64,000 nt of DNA from Cyanobacteriota bacterium (GCA_019752015.1 JAIEMQ010000041.1:4469-68468), one strand, 5' to 3'. Positions 17,461 to 27,395 are shown, counted from the first letter of the stretch. The notes: a model not told the origin generated them from the sequence alone. A program made the numbers and translations.

Positions 17461-18488
17461 TTCGGAAACCGGTCGTATTGATCACGGGCGCGGGCGGCGA
17501 GATCGGCCACGGGCTGATCGCGCACCTGGCCGCATCGGGTAACCAGCCGGTGATCACGCTCGACGTCAATCCGCTCGAGCCGTCGCTCGGCAGGATGGTG
17601 CAGCGCGAGTTCACCGGATCGATCATGGACAAGTCGCTGCTCGAGCGCGTGTTGTCCGAGTTCGAGGTCGCGACGGTGTATCACCTGGCGGCGCTGTTGT
17701 CGACGCGATCGGAGTTCACTCCGGTCACCGCGCACCAGGTCAACGTGGAAGGCACACTCAACCTGCTGGAGTTCTCGCAGCGCGAAGCGGAATCGCACGG
17801 CCGGCCGGTGACGTTTCTGTATCCATCGTCGATCGCCGCATACGGATTGCCCGATCTCGAGACCAAGCGGCGTGCCGGCAAGGTGAAGGAAGACGACTAC
17901 AACACGCCGTCGACGATGTATGGGGCGAACAAGTTGTATTGCGAGCAGCTGGGCCGCTACTACGCGAAGTTCTATAAGCAGCTTGCTGCTGAATCGCAGT
18001 CCGGCCGCGTTGATTTCCGCGGGGTGCGGTTTCCAGGATTGATCTCGGCGTTGACCGTTCCGTCGGGCGGCACGTCCGATTACGCGCCTGAAATGATCCA
18101 CGCCGCCGCGAAGGGGGAGCCGTACGAGTGTTTCGTGCGGCCCGACACGCGCATCCCGTTCATGGCGATGCCGGATGGGATCGATGCGTTGTTGAAGCTC
18201 GCGGCCGCGCCGAAGGCGACGCTGACGCGTACGGCCTACAACCTTGCGGCGTTCAATCCGTCGGCGGATGAAATCCGCACCGAAGTGATCCGCGCGTTCC
18301 CCGGCGCCGACATCACGTGGGTCAACGACGTGAAGCGCCAGGGCATTGTCGACTCGTGGCCGGCGGACGTCGACGACACCGCCGCGCGCACCGACTGGGG
18401 CTTCGCCCCCGCGTATGATTTCGAACGAGCCTTCCGCGACTACCTCATTCCGACGATCCGCGAGAGATATCAAAGGGGCCGGGGATAA
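17457..18488 (+). CDS. Extended-SDR NAD-dependent epimerase/dehydratase, L-threonine 3-dehydrogenase-like
   Basis: 343 aa. Rossmann motif ITGAGGEIGHGL. Catalytic YGANK (MYGANKLYCEQLGRYY). The GTG start overlaps the kinase stop. Confidence 0.8.
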   Translation: MIRKPVVLITGAGGEIGHGLIAHLAASGNQPVITLDVNPLEPSLGRMVQREFTGSIMDKSLLERVLSEFEVATVYHLAALLSTRSEFTPVTAHQVNVEGTLNLLEFSQREAESHGRPVTFLYPSSIAAYGLPDLETKRRAGKVKEDDYNTPSTMYGANKLYCEQLGRYYAKFYKQLAAESQSGRVDFRGVRFPGLISALTVPSGGTSDYAPEMIHAAAKGEPYECFVRPDTRIPFMAMPDGIDALLKLAAAPKATLTRTAYNLAAFNPSADEIRTEVIRAFPGADITWVNDVKRQGIVDSWPADVDDTAARTDWGFAPAYDFERAFRDYLIPTIRERYQRGRG

Positions 18489-18606
18489 TTTCGACCTACG
18501 TCCATTGGATAAGGCACTTAGGTTGTATGACGAAATTCAGATTGGGGCTGTGAAATGTCGGGGCAGCGGATGGAGCAGGCGCGAAAGTCGTGACTCGGAG
18601 CCCAAA

Positions 18607-19920
18607 ATGACACAAGAAAAAGATCCCCGGCCCCTTTTTCTGGCGGCAGTCGCCATCGCTGGAGTCGTGATGAGTGCGCAGCAACCGGCGGATCCGTATC
18701 GATCGGTGGCCGAGCAGTACGTGAAACTCGTGCTCGCGGTCGGCCAGCACGACGCCGATTACGTCGATGCGTTTTATGGCCCGGCGGAGTGGCGCAAGGA
18801 CGCTGAAGCCGCCAAGAAGCCGCTGGCCGCGATCGATTCGCAGGCGGCCGCCGTCGAAGCCGAGATCGCGAAAGTCGCCTTCAAGCCCGATCCGCGCGAT
18901 GCCGAAATGTGGACGCTGCGGCGCCAATACCTGTCACGCCAGCTGGCAGCGCTGCGCTCGCGGGTCGCGATGCTGCAGGGCAAGAAGATGACGTTCGACG
19001 AGGAGTCGCGCGCGTTGTACGACGCGGTCGCGCCGTCGATCCCGACGTCGGAATTCGAAGCCGTGCTCAAACAGCTCGAAGAGAAGCTCCCCGGCACCGG
19101 CACGCTGATCGAGCGCTACGACAACTTCAAGAAGGGGTTTATCATCCCGACGGCGCGAGTGGACCGCGTGTTCCAGGAAGCCATCCGCGGCTGCCGCGGC
19201 AACATCCCGAGCATCGGCCTGCCGATGAACGAGCGCTTCACCGTCGAGTACGTCACCGGCAAGTCGTGGTCGGGCTACAACTGGTATCAGGGCGATTACA
19301 AGAGCCTGATCCAGGTCAACACCGATCTGCCGATCTACATCGATCGCGCGATCGATCTCGCCTGTCACGAGGGCTACCCGGGCCATCACGTTTACAACGT
19401 GCTGCTCGAGCAGCACCTGGCCAAGGGCCGCGGCTGGATCGAATACACCATCTATCCGCTGTTCTCGCCGCAGTCGCTGATCGCGGAAGGCACCGCCAAC
19501 TACGGCATTGAAGTCGCGTTTCCGTTGCCGGCGCGCCTGTTGTTCGAGCGCGACGTGCTGTTCCCGCTTGCCGGCCTCGATGCGACGCGCGTCGGCGAGT
19601 ACTACACCGTGCTCGCCCTCGTCGATCGCCTGTCGTATGCCGGCAACGAGGCGGCGCGGCAGTATATCGACGGCAAGATCGATCGCGCCGGCGCGGTGGC
19701 ATGGCTCGAGAAGTACGCGATGTATACGAAGCCGCGCGCCGAGCAGCGGGTCAAGTTCATCGATCAGTACCGCAGCTATGTGATCAACTACAACCTCGGC
19801 AAGGACCTGGTGCGCGCCTACGTCGAGAAGAAAATGGGCCGCGACAAGACGCCGGTCCGGCGCTGGCGCGAATTCGCGGCGATCATCTCGTCGCCGCGTT
19901 TGCCCTCGGGGCTGAAATGA
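18607..19920 (+). CDS. DUF885-family protein (putative metallopeptidase-like), secreted
   Basis: 437 aa from ATG 18607 with GGAG 8 nt upstream. Hydrophobic leader. HEGYPGHH motif as in DUF885 (HExxPGHH). Confidence 0.75.
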   Translation: MTQEKDPRPLFLAAVAIAGVVMSAQQPADPYRSVAEQYVKLVLAVGQHDADYVDAFYGPAEWRKDAEAAKKPLAAIDSQAAAVEAEIAKVAFKPDPRDAEMWTLRRQYLSRQLAALRSRVAMLQGKKMTFDEESRALYDAVAPSIPTSEFEAVLKQLEEKLPGTGTLIERYDNFKKGFIIPTARVDRVFQEAIRGCRGNIPSIGLPMNERFTVEYVTGKSWSGYNWYQGDYKSLIQVNTDLPIYIDRAIDLACHEGYPGHHVYNVLLEQHLAKGRGWIEYTIYPLFSPQSLIAEGTANYGIEVAFPLPARLLFERDVLFPLAGLDATRVGEYYTVLALVDRLSYAGNEAARQYIDGKIDRAGAVAWLEKYAMYTKPRAEQRVKFIDQYRSYVINYNLGKDLVRAYVEKKMGRDKTPVRRWREFAAIISSPRLPSGLK

Positions 19921-20900
19921 GAGCTGTCGAGATCACCAGATTCGGACCGCCGGAGGTGCTGCAAGTCGTGGAGCGCCCCGATCCGTTCCCGGCGGCCGGT
20001 GAGATCCTGATCGACGTCGCCGCGGCCGGCGTCAATCGTCCCGATGTCATCCAGCGGCTCGGAAAATATCCGCCGCCGCCGGGCGCGTCCGATCTTCCCG
20101 GCCTCGAGGTCGCCGGAGTCGTCGCGGCGCTCGGCGCTGACGTGCGCGGTTGGGCGGTGGGCGATTCGATCTGTGCGCTCCTGGCCGGAGGCGGATACGC
20201 GGAGCGCGCCGCCGTGCCGCACGAGCAGTGCCTGCCGATTCCGAAAGGCCTCAGCGCGATCCAGGCCGCGGGCATCCCCGAAACGTTTTTCACCGTCTGG
20301 ACCAACGTGTTTCAGCGCGGCAAGCTGCAGGCCGGCGAGACCATCCTGATCCACGGCGGCACCAGCGGCATCGGCACCACCGCCATCCAGCTCGCGAAAG
20401 CCTTCGGCGCGCGCATCCTCGCCACCGCGGGGAGCGACGAGAAGTGCGAGGCGATGCGCAAGCTCGGCGCCGAGCACACCTTCAACTACAGGACGCAGGA
20501 CTGGGTCGCCGAATCGAAGCGCGTAACCGGCGGCCGCGGCGTGAATCTCATCCTGGATATCGTCGGCGGCGATTACATCCCTCGCAATCTCGATCTGCTC
20601 TCGGTCGAAGGCCGGCTGCTGCAGATCGCGTTCCTGAAGACCGCGAAGGCGGAGATCGATTTTTCCGTCATGATGAGGAAGCGCGCGTGGATCACCGGAT
20701 CAACGCTGCGGCCGCGATCGCCGGCCGAGAAGGGCGTGATCGCGCGCGACCTGCTCGAGCACGTCTGGCCGCTGCTCGAGCAGGGCACGGTCGCCCCGGT
20801 GATTCACCAGGTGTTTCCGATGGCCGCGGCGGCCGCGGCGCACCGCATGATGGAAGAAAGCTCGCATATTGGAAAGCTCGTCCTCGACGTCCGCGCCTGA
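19917..20900 (+). CDS. NAD(P)H:quinone oxidoreductase (zeta-crystallin/PIG3-type MDR)
   Basis: 327 aa. MRAVEITRFGPPEVLQVVERPDP, GLEVAGVV, HGGTSGIGTTAIQLAK and GKLVL. ATGA overlap with the upstream stop. Confidence 0.9.
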   Translation: MRAVEITRFGPPEVLQVVERPDPFPAAGEILIDVAAAGVNRPDVIQRLGKYPPPPGASDLPGLEVAGVVAALGADVRGWAVGDSICALLAGGGYAERAAVPHEQCLPIPKGLSAIQAAGIPETFFTVWTNVFQRGKLQAGETILIHGGTSGIGTTAIQLAKAFGARILATAGSDEKCEAMRKLGAEHTFNYRTQDWVAESKRVTGGRGVNLILDIVGGDYIPRNLDLLSVEGRLLQIAFLKTAKAEIDFSVMMRKRAWITGSTLRPRSPAEKGVIARDLLEHVWPLLEQGTVAPVIHQVFPMAAAAAAHRMMEESSHIGKLVLDVRA

Positions 20901-20928
20901 GCGGTTATTCACTCCACGCTTTTTCCTG

Positions 20929-22053
20929 ATGTGGAGCTACAGCTTCACGGTGTTCCTGTCGGCGTTTCAGCTGCTGCCGACCGCGCCGTTCTACATCCTC
21001 TCGCTCGGCGGCAGCCACCTCGCGGCCGGACTGTTTCTCGGCTTCCTGACCTACGCATCCGCCATCTCGGCGCCGATCACCGGCGCGATTGCCGATCGCT
21101 TCGGCAAGCGGCGCGTCCTGATCGTGGCGAGCATTGCGATCACCCTCTTCTCGCTGCTCTATGCGATCGCGCCGTCGTACCAGGTGATCCTGGGGCTCGT
21201 GCTCCTCCACGGCGTGTTCTGGTCGGGGCTGCTGTCGAGCTCCAGCTCCTACATGCTTGAGATCATTCCGCCGTCACGCCGGGCTGAAGGCCTGGGATAC
21301 GCAGGGCTCGCCAGCGTCCTCGGCGTGGCGGTGGCGCCGTGGATCGGCTTATGGATGTTCGATCACGGCGGCTGGCGGATGTTGTGTTTCGAAGCGGCGG
21401 CGCTCAACATCGTCATGGCACTGATCGCCTGGCGGCTGACGCCCGACCGCCATCATGCGGATCGCTCGATGCATCCGCGCGACCTGATCGAGTGGCGCAT
21501 CCTGATCGGCGCGGTGATGCTGTTCCTCTATTCCTTCAGCTACGGCGGCATCACCAGCTTCGTCGCGGTGTATGCCGACCAGCTGTCGGTGCCGCGGGCG
21601 CTGTATTTCACCGCCTTTTGCCTGACGATCGTCGTGACCCGCCCGTTCATCGGCCGCTACGCCGATCGCGAGGGTCACGCGCGCGTCATCGTGCCGTGCC
21701 TGTCGATGATCGTGCTCGGCGTCAGCGTGTTGTCGATCGCCGACAGCGGCGCGATGTTCGTGGTGTCCGCGATCCTGTTCGGAACCGGCTTCGGATCCGC
21801 CTATCCGATCTTCGTCGCGCACCTGATGCAGCACGTGCAGGAGCATCGCCGCGGCGCCACGTTCGGCGCGTTGATCGGCGCCTTCGACACCGGCATCGGC
21901 ACCGGCTCGATCGCGGTCGGCTGGCTGAGCCAGCGCTACGGGTTTGGCCGCGCCTTCGGCGTGGCCGGCGGCCTCGCGCTGCTGTCGATTCCGTATTTTC
22001 TCTACCTGGAGAAGCGTCAATGGACTACGTCCGTCTCGGCACGACGGAGCTGA
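20929..22053 (+). CDS. MFS transporter
   Basis: 12-TM-like hydrophobic profile. The D-R-x-G-K-R-like loop ADRFGKRRVL occurs after TM2. The ATG at 20929 is preferred over the TTG at 20869, which overlaps the upstream gene. The start remains uncertain. Confidence 0.8.
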   Translation: MWSYSFTVFLSAFQLLPTAPFYILSLGGSHLAAGLFLGFLTYASAISAPITGAIADRFGKRRVLIVASIAITLFSLLYAIAPSYQVILGLVLLHGVFWSGLLSSSSSYMLEIIPPSRRAEGLGYAGLASVLGVAVAPWIGLWMFDHGGWRMLCFEAAALNIVMALIAWRLTPDRHHADRSMHPRDLIEWRILIGAVMLFLYSFSYGGITSFVAVYADQLSVPRALYFTAFCLTIVVTRPFIGRYADREGHARVIVPCLSMIVLGVSVLSIADSGAMFVVSAILFGTGFGSAYPIFVAHLMQHVQEHRRGATFGALIGAFDTGIGTGSIAVGWLSQRYGFGRAFGVAGGLALLSIPYFLYLEKRQWTTSVSARRS

Positions 22054-22997
22054 CCGTCTCGCGGCTCTGCCTCGGCACCATGACTTACGGCACGCCGGCG
22101 TGGCGGCCGTGGGTGCTCGACGAGGCCGCCAGCCGGCCGTTCATCAAGCGCGCGCTCGAGCACGGCATCAACTTCTTCGACACCGCCAACATGTATTCGC
22201 GCGGCGTCTGCGAAGAAGTCGTCGGCCGCGCGCTGAAGGAGTTCGCGAAGCGCGACGAGGTCGTCGTCGCCACGAAAGTGTTTTATCCGGTCGACGATGC
22301 CGTCACCGGCGGACTGTCTCGCAAGCAGATCATGCTGGCCATCGACGACTCGCTGCGCCGGCTGGGCATGGATTACGTCGATCTGTATCAAATCCATCGC
22401 TTTGACGATCAGACGCCGATCGAAGAGACGTTGGAAGCGCTGCACGACGTCGTGAAGGCAGGAAAGGCCCGCTACATCGGCGCCTCCAGCATGTATGCCT
22501 ATCAGTTTCTGAAGATGGTCTACACCCAACGCGCCCGCGGCTGGACGCAATTTGCGTCGATGCAGAATCACTACAACCTGGTCTATCGGGAAGAGGAACG
22601 CGACGTCATTCCGTTCTGCGTCGAAGAAGGCATCGGCGTCATTCCCTGGAGCCCGCTGGCGCGCGGCTTTCTCGCCGGCAATCGCAAGCGCGGGGAGAAG
22701 AGCGCGTCGCTACGCGATCAACACGACACCTGGGGCCACACGCTGTATACGGCCGACGAGGATTATGACGTCGTCGATCGGGTCGTCGCAGTGGCGAAGC
22801 GCAAAGGCGTGTTGCCGATCCAGGTCGCGCTCGCGTGGATTCTCGCCAAGCCCGGAGTAACGGCGCCGATCATCAGCGCGACAAAGGTCGATCAGCTCGA
22901 TCAACTCGTCGAAGGCCTGTCGGTGAAATTAACGCCGCAAGAAATCGCGGCCGTCGAAGAACCATACGTGCCGCACAAAGTAATCGGCATCGTCTGA
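22020..22997 (+). CDS. Aldo/keto reductase
   Basis: 325 aa from ATG 22020. LGTMTYG, INFFDTANMYSRGVCEEVVG, YVDLYQIHRFD, ARYIGASSMYAYQF and IPWSPLARGFL. Confidence 0.9.
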   Translation: MDYVRLGTTELTVSRLCLGTMTYGTPAWRPWVLDEAASRPFIKRALEHGINFFDTANMYSRGVCEEVVGRALKEFAKRDEVVVATKVFYPVDDAVTGGLSRKQIMLAIDDSLRRLGMDYVDLYQIHRFDDQTPIEETLEALHDVVKAGKARYIGASSMYAYQFLKMVYTQRARGWTQFASMQNHYNLVYREEERDVIPFCVEEGIGVIPWSPLARGFLAGNRKRGEKSASLRDQHDTWGHTLYTADEDYDVVDRVVAVAKRKGVLPIQVALAWILAKPGVTAPIISATKVDQLDQLVEGLSVKLTPQEIAAVEEPYVPHKVIGIV

Positions 22998-22998
22998 A

Positions 22999-23123
22999 GG
23001 TTCCATTGGTTCCAAAGCTTCCAATAGCATTGTTCTGACGAGGTGTCGGGAGTGCTGAGAACAATTGGAACTCCGATAGAACCACGCCTTTGGAACCGCT
23101 GGAACCCGTGGAACCTTGGAACC
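22999..23123. repeat. Foldback element: three tandem 9-mers (GGTTCCATT, GGTTCCAAA, GCTTCCAAT), a central imperfect hairpin, then four inverted 8/9-mers (TTTGGAACC, GCTGGAACC, CGTGGAACC, TTGGAACC)
   Basis: Read directly. It fills the whole gap between the convergent stops at 22997 and 23127. Inner stem ATTGTTCT (23029-36) pairs with AGAACAAT (23058-65), and TTCCA pairs with TGGAA. Confidence 0.85.
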
Positions 23124-23126
23124 CTA

Positions 23127-23789
23127 TTACTTAACGATCGAAATCGACATGCCGTCGATCCGCTTCCCAAGGACGGGAATGATGATCGACTCCAGCCGTG
23201 TCTCCGCGGCGAGCTTCGCGTTGAAGGCGCGGGCCGCGCGGGCATTTTCCTCCTCGGGCGACGTCTGCAGGACGGCACCATCCCTGATCAGATTGTCGGC
23301 AATGATGACCGTTCCCGGCCGCGACAGCCGCAGGCTGAGATCGAGGTAGTTCTCGTAGCCGGGCTTGTCGGCATCGATGAAGACGAGATCGAACGGCGGC
23401 ACGCTCGTCTTGATCAGCCGCTCGAGCGTGTCCTCGGCCGTGCCAACTTCGATCGTGACCCGCGACCCGACGCCGGCGCGATCGACATTCTTCCTCGCCA
23501 CGTCGGCATGTTTGCGATCGAGCTCGAGGCTGATCAGGACGCCGTCCTCCGGCAGCGCTCGCGCCAGCCACGTCGTGCTGTAGCCGCCGAGCGTGCCGAT
23601 CTCGAGGATGCGCTTTGCGCCGCTGATCTTCGTCAGCAGGTAGAGCAGCCGTCCCTGGTTGGGCGACACCTGGATCGCCGGCAGCCCCGCCGCATCGGCG
23701 TCCGCGACATTCTGCGTGAGAACGGGATCGGGCGGGACGAACAGCCCTTCGATGTACTTTTCGATGTGAAGGCGGAGATCAGGATCCAT
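23127..23789 (-). CDS. Class I SAM-dependent O-methyltransferase (caffeoyl-CoA OMT-like)
   Basis: 220 aa. SAM-binding segment ILEIGTLGGYSTTWLA, then FDLVFIDADK, typical of Methyltransf_3. Confidence 0.85.
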   Translation of the reverse strand: MDPDLRLHIEKYIEGLFVPPDPVLTQNVADADAAGLPAIQVSPNQGRLLYLLTKISGAKRILEIGTLGGYSTTWLARALPEDGVLISLELDRKHADVARKNVDRAGVGSRVTIEVGTAEDTLERLIKTSVPPFDLVFIDADKPGYENYLDLSLRLSRPGTVIIADNLIRDGAVLQTSPEEENARAARAFNAKLAAETRLESIIIPVLGKRIDGMSISIVK

Positions 23790-25068
23790 GACGGTTCCCC
23801 GTCAGTCTATGAATATCGCCAAGGATGACGCTATACGAAAACGCGCCGATTAACGCCACCACGCCGATGTAGACCAGTGGACCAAAGAACGATCCCGTCG
23901 ACTGGTAGGTGTAGCCGATCACCAGGGGAGTCACGATGCCGGCGAGGTTGGCGCTGAAGTTGAAGATGCCGGCGGTCAGGCCGATCAGCTCCTTCGGCGC
24001 GACGTCCGAGATCACTGTCCAGCCCAGATTGGTCATGCCCTGGCCGAAAAACGCCACCGACATGATCGCGATCACGAGCGCGTCGGACCCCGTGGGAACG
24101 AAGTTGGCGATTACGATCGTCGATGCCAGCAGCATGCCGCCGACGATCGGCAGCTTCCGGGCGACGTTGGCGGAGCCGGCCTTCTTCAGGATGCGGTCCG
24201 AGACCTGGCCCGCGACCAGCACGCCGATCGACGCGCCGATGTAGGGCAGCATGGTCATCATGCCGGCATTGATGAAGCTCATGCCGCGCACGTTCACGAG
24301 ATAGGTGGGGAACCAGGTGACGAAGAACACCTGCGTCGAGTTGCCGCCAAACTGTCCGATCGACGCGCCGACGATCTGGCGATGCCGAAGCAGCAGCGCG
24401 ATGTCGTTCCAGCTGAACGCGACGCGTGCGCCTTTGTACTCACCGCCGCCGCCGGCTTCGATGTGCGCGATCTCGCCGGCGCCGACCTGGCGGTCTTCGC
24501 TCGGTTCACGGTAGTTCAGCCAGAACAGCATGCCGAGCGCGATTCCGAAGCCGCCGGCAATGAAGAACAGCCCGCGCCAGCCGAACTGCTGCGTGATCCA
24601 GAACAGCGGCACGCTGAGGAACGCGATGCCCGCGTACTGCCCGACCGAGTAGATCGAGTTGGCGCGCGCCCGTTCCTGCTGAGGAAACCAGGTCGCGAGA
24701 ATCCGGCTGTTGGCAGGGAAGCACGGCGCCTCGAACACGCCGACGCCGACGCGCGTGAAGAGCAGCATCGGCAGGCTGCTGATCACGCCCATGAACGCGG
24801 TGAAGCCCGACCATAACGTCAGCGCGAGCGAATACGTGACGCGCGTGCCGTATCGATCGAGAAAGATGCCGCCCGGAATCTGCAGCAGCGCGTAGCTCCA
24901 CGAGAAGGCCGAGAACACGACGCCCATCGCCGCGGCATCGAGCGCCAGCTCGTTCGTCAAGTACGGAGCCGCAATGCCGAGCACCGTGCGATCGAGGTAA
25001 TTGACCATCGTCGCCACGGCCACGAGCGCCAGGATCGGGAACCAGCGCCGCGTCGTTCGTGCGGTCAT
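23779..25068 (-). CDS. MFS transporter, anion:cation symporter (ACS) family (hexuronate/glucarate/sulfonate-type)
   Basis: 429 aa. N-terminal VNYLDRTVLGIAAP and FLDRYGTRVT signature loops are typical of ACS-family MFS. Confidence 0.85.
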   Translation of the reverse strand: MTARTTRRWFPILALVAVATMVNYLDRTVLGIAAPYLTNELALDAAAMGVVFSAFSWSYALLQIPGGIFLDRYGTRVTYSLALTLWSGFTAFMGVISSLPMLLFTRVGVGVFEAPCFPANSRILATWFPQQERARANSIYSVGQYAGIAFLSVPLFWITQQFGWRGLFFIAGGFGIALGMLFWLNYREPSEDRQVGAGEIAHIEAGGGGEYKGARVAFSWNDIALLLRHRQIVGASIGQFGGNSTQVFFVTWFPTYLVNVRGMSFINAGMMTMLPYIGASIGVLVAGQVSDRILKKAGSANVARKLPIVGGMLLASTIVIANFVPTGSDALVIAIMSVAFFGQGMTNLGWTVISDVAPKELIGLTAGIFNFSANLAGIVTPLVIGYTYQSTGSFFGPLVYIGVVALIGAFSYSVILGDIHRLTGNRHGS

Positions 25069-25841
25069 TCGCTCTCCGACACCCTGCCCCCGCCCTCGCC
25101 GTCGAACGTGACGGGAATGCGGATGCGCATCGGCCGTTCGCGCGTCAGCTCTTCCATCACTTCGGCGGTCAGTCCGGCGACGCGGCTGATGATGAAGATC
25201 AAACGGGCGAACACCGGCGGAAAGCCCATGTCGTACAACACCGCGGCGAGCGCGCCGTCGATGTTCAGCGCCATCGGCTTGACCTGCTTGACGACCTCGG
25301 CGTGGATCGCCTGCATGAAACGGATTCCGTCGCCGGCGAATCCGTGCGTCTTCGCGAGATCGAACAACACGGGTGTGCGTGGATCATTCGTGTGCACGCG
25401 ATGTCCGAGACCCGACACGCGCTTGCCGATAGCGCGATGCTCGATCACCACCTGCGACGCGATTTGTTCGAGCGACGCGGATTGCTGCCGGGCACGCTCG
25501 ACGCCGGCCGCGATCATCTCCATGCATCCCGAGCCGGCGCCGCCGTGCTCATCGCCGACCGCAAGGATGCCCGCGGCGATCGCGGCGGAGACCGACGATC
25601 GATTGCCGGAGATCGCGAGCCGCGCCGTCGCACATGACGGCGCGCCCGATCCATGGTCGGCGCAGGCGGACAGGATCGCGTCGATCATCGCGCGCTCCTG
25701 AGGCGACGGCAGCCGCGATCGATGCAGCAGGAAGATGGTATCGGTGAAGGTTCGCTCTGCCATCAACGACGTGACATCGGCGCCGCGGAGGCGGATCCGG
25801 CCGTCGCTGGCTTCGACAATCGCTGTGCGCCAGGGTTCCAT
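25065..25841 (-). CDS. Short citrate-synthase-family protein (citryl-CoA-lyase-like)
   Basis: 258 aa. Citrate-synthase active-site segment GLGHRVHTNDPR. Its size matches the stand-alone citryl-CoA lyase type and not a full citrate synthase. Confidence 0.75.
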   Translation of the reverse strand: MEPWRTAIVEASDGRIRLRGADVTSLMAERTFTDTIFLLHRSRLPSPQERAMIDAILSACADHGSGAPSCATARLAISGNRSSVSAAIAAGILAVGDEHGGAGSGCMEMIAAGVERARQQSASLEQIASQVVIEHRAIGKRVSGLGHRVHTNDPRTPVLFDLAKTHGFAGDGIRFMQAIHAEVVKQVKPMALNIDGALAAVLYDMGFPPVFARLIFIISRVAGLTAEVMEELTRERPMRIRIPVTFDGEGGGRVSESE

Positions 25842-25869
25842 TTCGCTCCTAAACGTCTGACAGACTACA

Positions 25870-25916
25870 GGTTACCCGCCGCGTTACCTATCAGGTTACG
25901 GTAGCGGCACCGTAAC
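25870..25916. promoter_or_regulatory. Candidate operator in a divergent promoter: GGTTAC (25870), GTTACC (25883), GGTTAC (25894), GTAAC (25912)
   Basis: The repeated hexamer and the GTTAC-N12-GTAAC inverted pair lie in the 135-bp gap between divergent operon starts at 25841 and 25977. Confidence 0.35.
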
Positions 25917-25976
25917 ACTATCGCTCCGCGCCCGCGCAGTCTCCATAATCCAGTCGACTTTCTCCCATAACGATCA

Positions 25977-27392
25977 ATGGCACCACGCACGATCACTCCA
26001 CAGGAATCCGAGCACGCCGCGCAGTTGCTCGCCAGCGCCCGCACGGCGATGGCGGCCATTGCCGACTACGACCAGGCCAGGGTCGATCGCATCTGTCAGG
26101 CGATCGGCTGGGCGGCCGCCAATCCCGAATCCGCCGAACGCCTGGCCAACATGAGCGTCGACGAGAGCGGCATGGGCAGCCGCGAGCCGCGGCGCCGCGC
26201 CAAGGTGCTCGGCATTCTTCGCGATGCGCTTCGCCAGAACAGCATGGGCATCATCGAGGAAATCCCGGAGAAGGGCATCGTCAAGTACGCCAAGCCGGCC
26301 GGCGTGATCTGCTCGCTGATTCCCGTCACCAGTCCGTACATTACGCCGATCGGCATCGCGATCTACGCGATCAAGTGCAAGGACGCGGTGATCTTTTCGC
26401 CGCATCCCTCGAGCCGGAAGACCACGAACGAGACCGTCCGCTTGATGCGCGCGGCACTGAAGGAGCTCGGCGTTCCTGAGGATGTGCTGCAGTGCGTTGA
26501 GCAGCCGAGCATTCCGCTCGCCAACGAGCTGATGTCGATCTGCGACCTGACGATCGCCACCGGCGGTCCCGCGATGGTCAAGGCCGCCTACAGCTCCGGA
26601 AAGCCCGCCTACGGCGTCGGCGCCGGCAACGCGACGATGGTCATCGACGAGACCGCCGACGTCAAAGAGGCGGCGAAGAACACCGCGATCAGCAAGACGA
26701 ACGATCACGGTTCGGGATGTTCAGCCGACGGCAATCTCGTGGTCGACGCAAGGATCTACGACGCGCTGCTGCAGGAGCTGCAACACCAGGGCGGGTATCT
26801 CGTAAGCGCGCGGGAAAAACAGCAGCTCCAGAGCGCTTACTGGGATGAGCAGGGCAGGCGCACGGCCGATACCATCGCGCGTCCCGCCGCCGACATTGCC
26901 GCCAAGGCCGGCTTCTCGATTCCGTCCGGCAAGACCTTTTTCCTCGTCGAAGAGACCAACATCGGCAGGCAGCATCCATACTCGACCGAGAAGCTCGGCG
27001 TCGTACTCGCGGTTTTCAAGGTGAACGGATTCGACGATGCACTCGACAAGGTGCGGCAGATTTTCGAGACCGGCGGCCGCGGCCACTCGTGCGGCATCTA
27101 TTCGTTCAACGACGAGCACATCAACCGTCTCGCGTTGATGGCGCCGGTGAGCCGGATCATGGTCCGCCAGGTGCAATCGAGCTCCAATGCCGGCACGTTC
27201 ACCAACGGCATGCCGATGACGTCGAGCATGGGCTGCGGCATCTGGGGCGGCAACATTACCAACGAGAACGTCTCGCTCAAGCACTACATGAACGTGACGT
27301 GGGTGTCGCGGCCAATCGCGGAAGACAAGCCATCGGAAGCGGAATTATTCGGCGAGTTCTATAACAAGCCTGTTCCCGTCGGAAAGCACTGA
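25977..27392 (+). CDS. CoA-acylating aldehyde/semialdehyde dehydrogenase (SucD/EutE-like)
   Basis: 471 aa. The architecture and motifs resemble my recollection of Clostridium SucD-type enzymes: ATGGPAMVKAAYSSGKPAYGVGAGN, catalytic Cys context NDHGSGCSADGNLVV, GHSCGIYS and MGCGIWGGNITNENV. Confidence 0.75.
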   Translation: MAPRTITPQESEHAAQLLASARTAMAAIADYDQARVDRICQAIGWAAANPESAERLANMSVDESGMGSREPRRRAKVLGILRDALRQNSMGIIEEIPEKGIVKYAKPAGVICSLIPVTSPYITPIGIAIYAIKCKDAVIFSPHPSSRKTTNETVRLMRAALKELGVPEDVLQCVEQPSIPLANELMSICDLTIATGGPAMVKAAYSSGKPAYGVGAGNATMVIDETADVKEAAKNTAISKTNDHGSGCSADGNLVVDARIYDALLQELQHQGGYLVSAREKQQLQSAYWDEQGRRTADTIARPAADIAAKAGFSIPSGKTFFLVEETNIGRQHPYSTEKLGVVLAVFKVNGFDDALDKVRQIFETGGRGHSCGIYSFNDEHINRLALMAPVSRIMVRQVQSSSNAGTFTNGMPMTSSMGCGIWGGNITNENVSLKHYMNVTWVSRPIAEDKPSEAELFGEFYNKPVPVGKH

Positions 27393-27395
27393 TTC

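Noticed and set aside
20869-20928. TTG start at 20869 for the MFS transporter
   Set aside because: It overlaps the quinone oxidoreductase gene by 32 nt and adds a Ser-rich non-membrane leader. The ATG at 20929 precedes the first TM segment. Either start remains possible.
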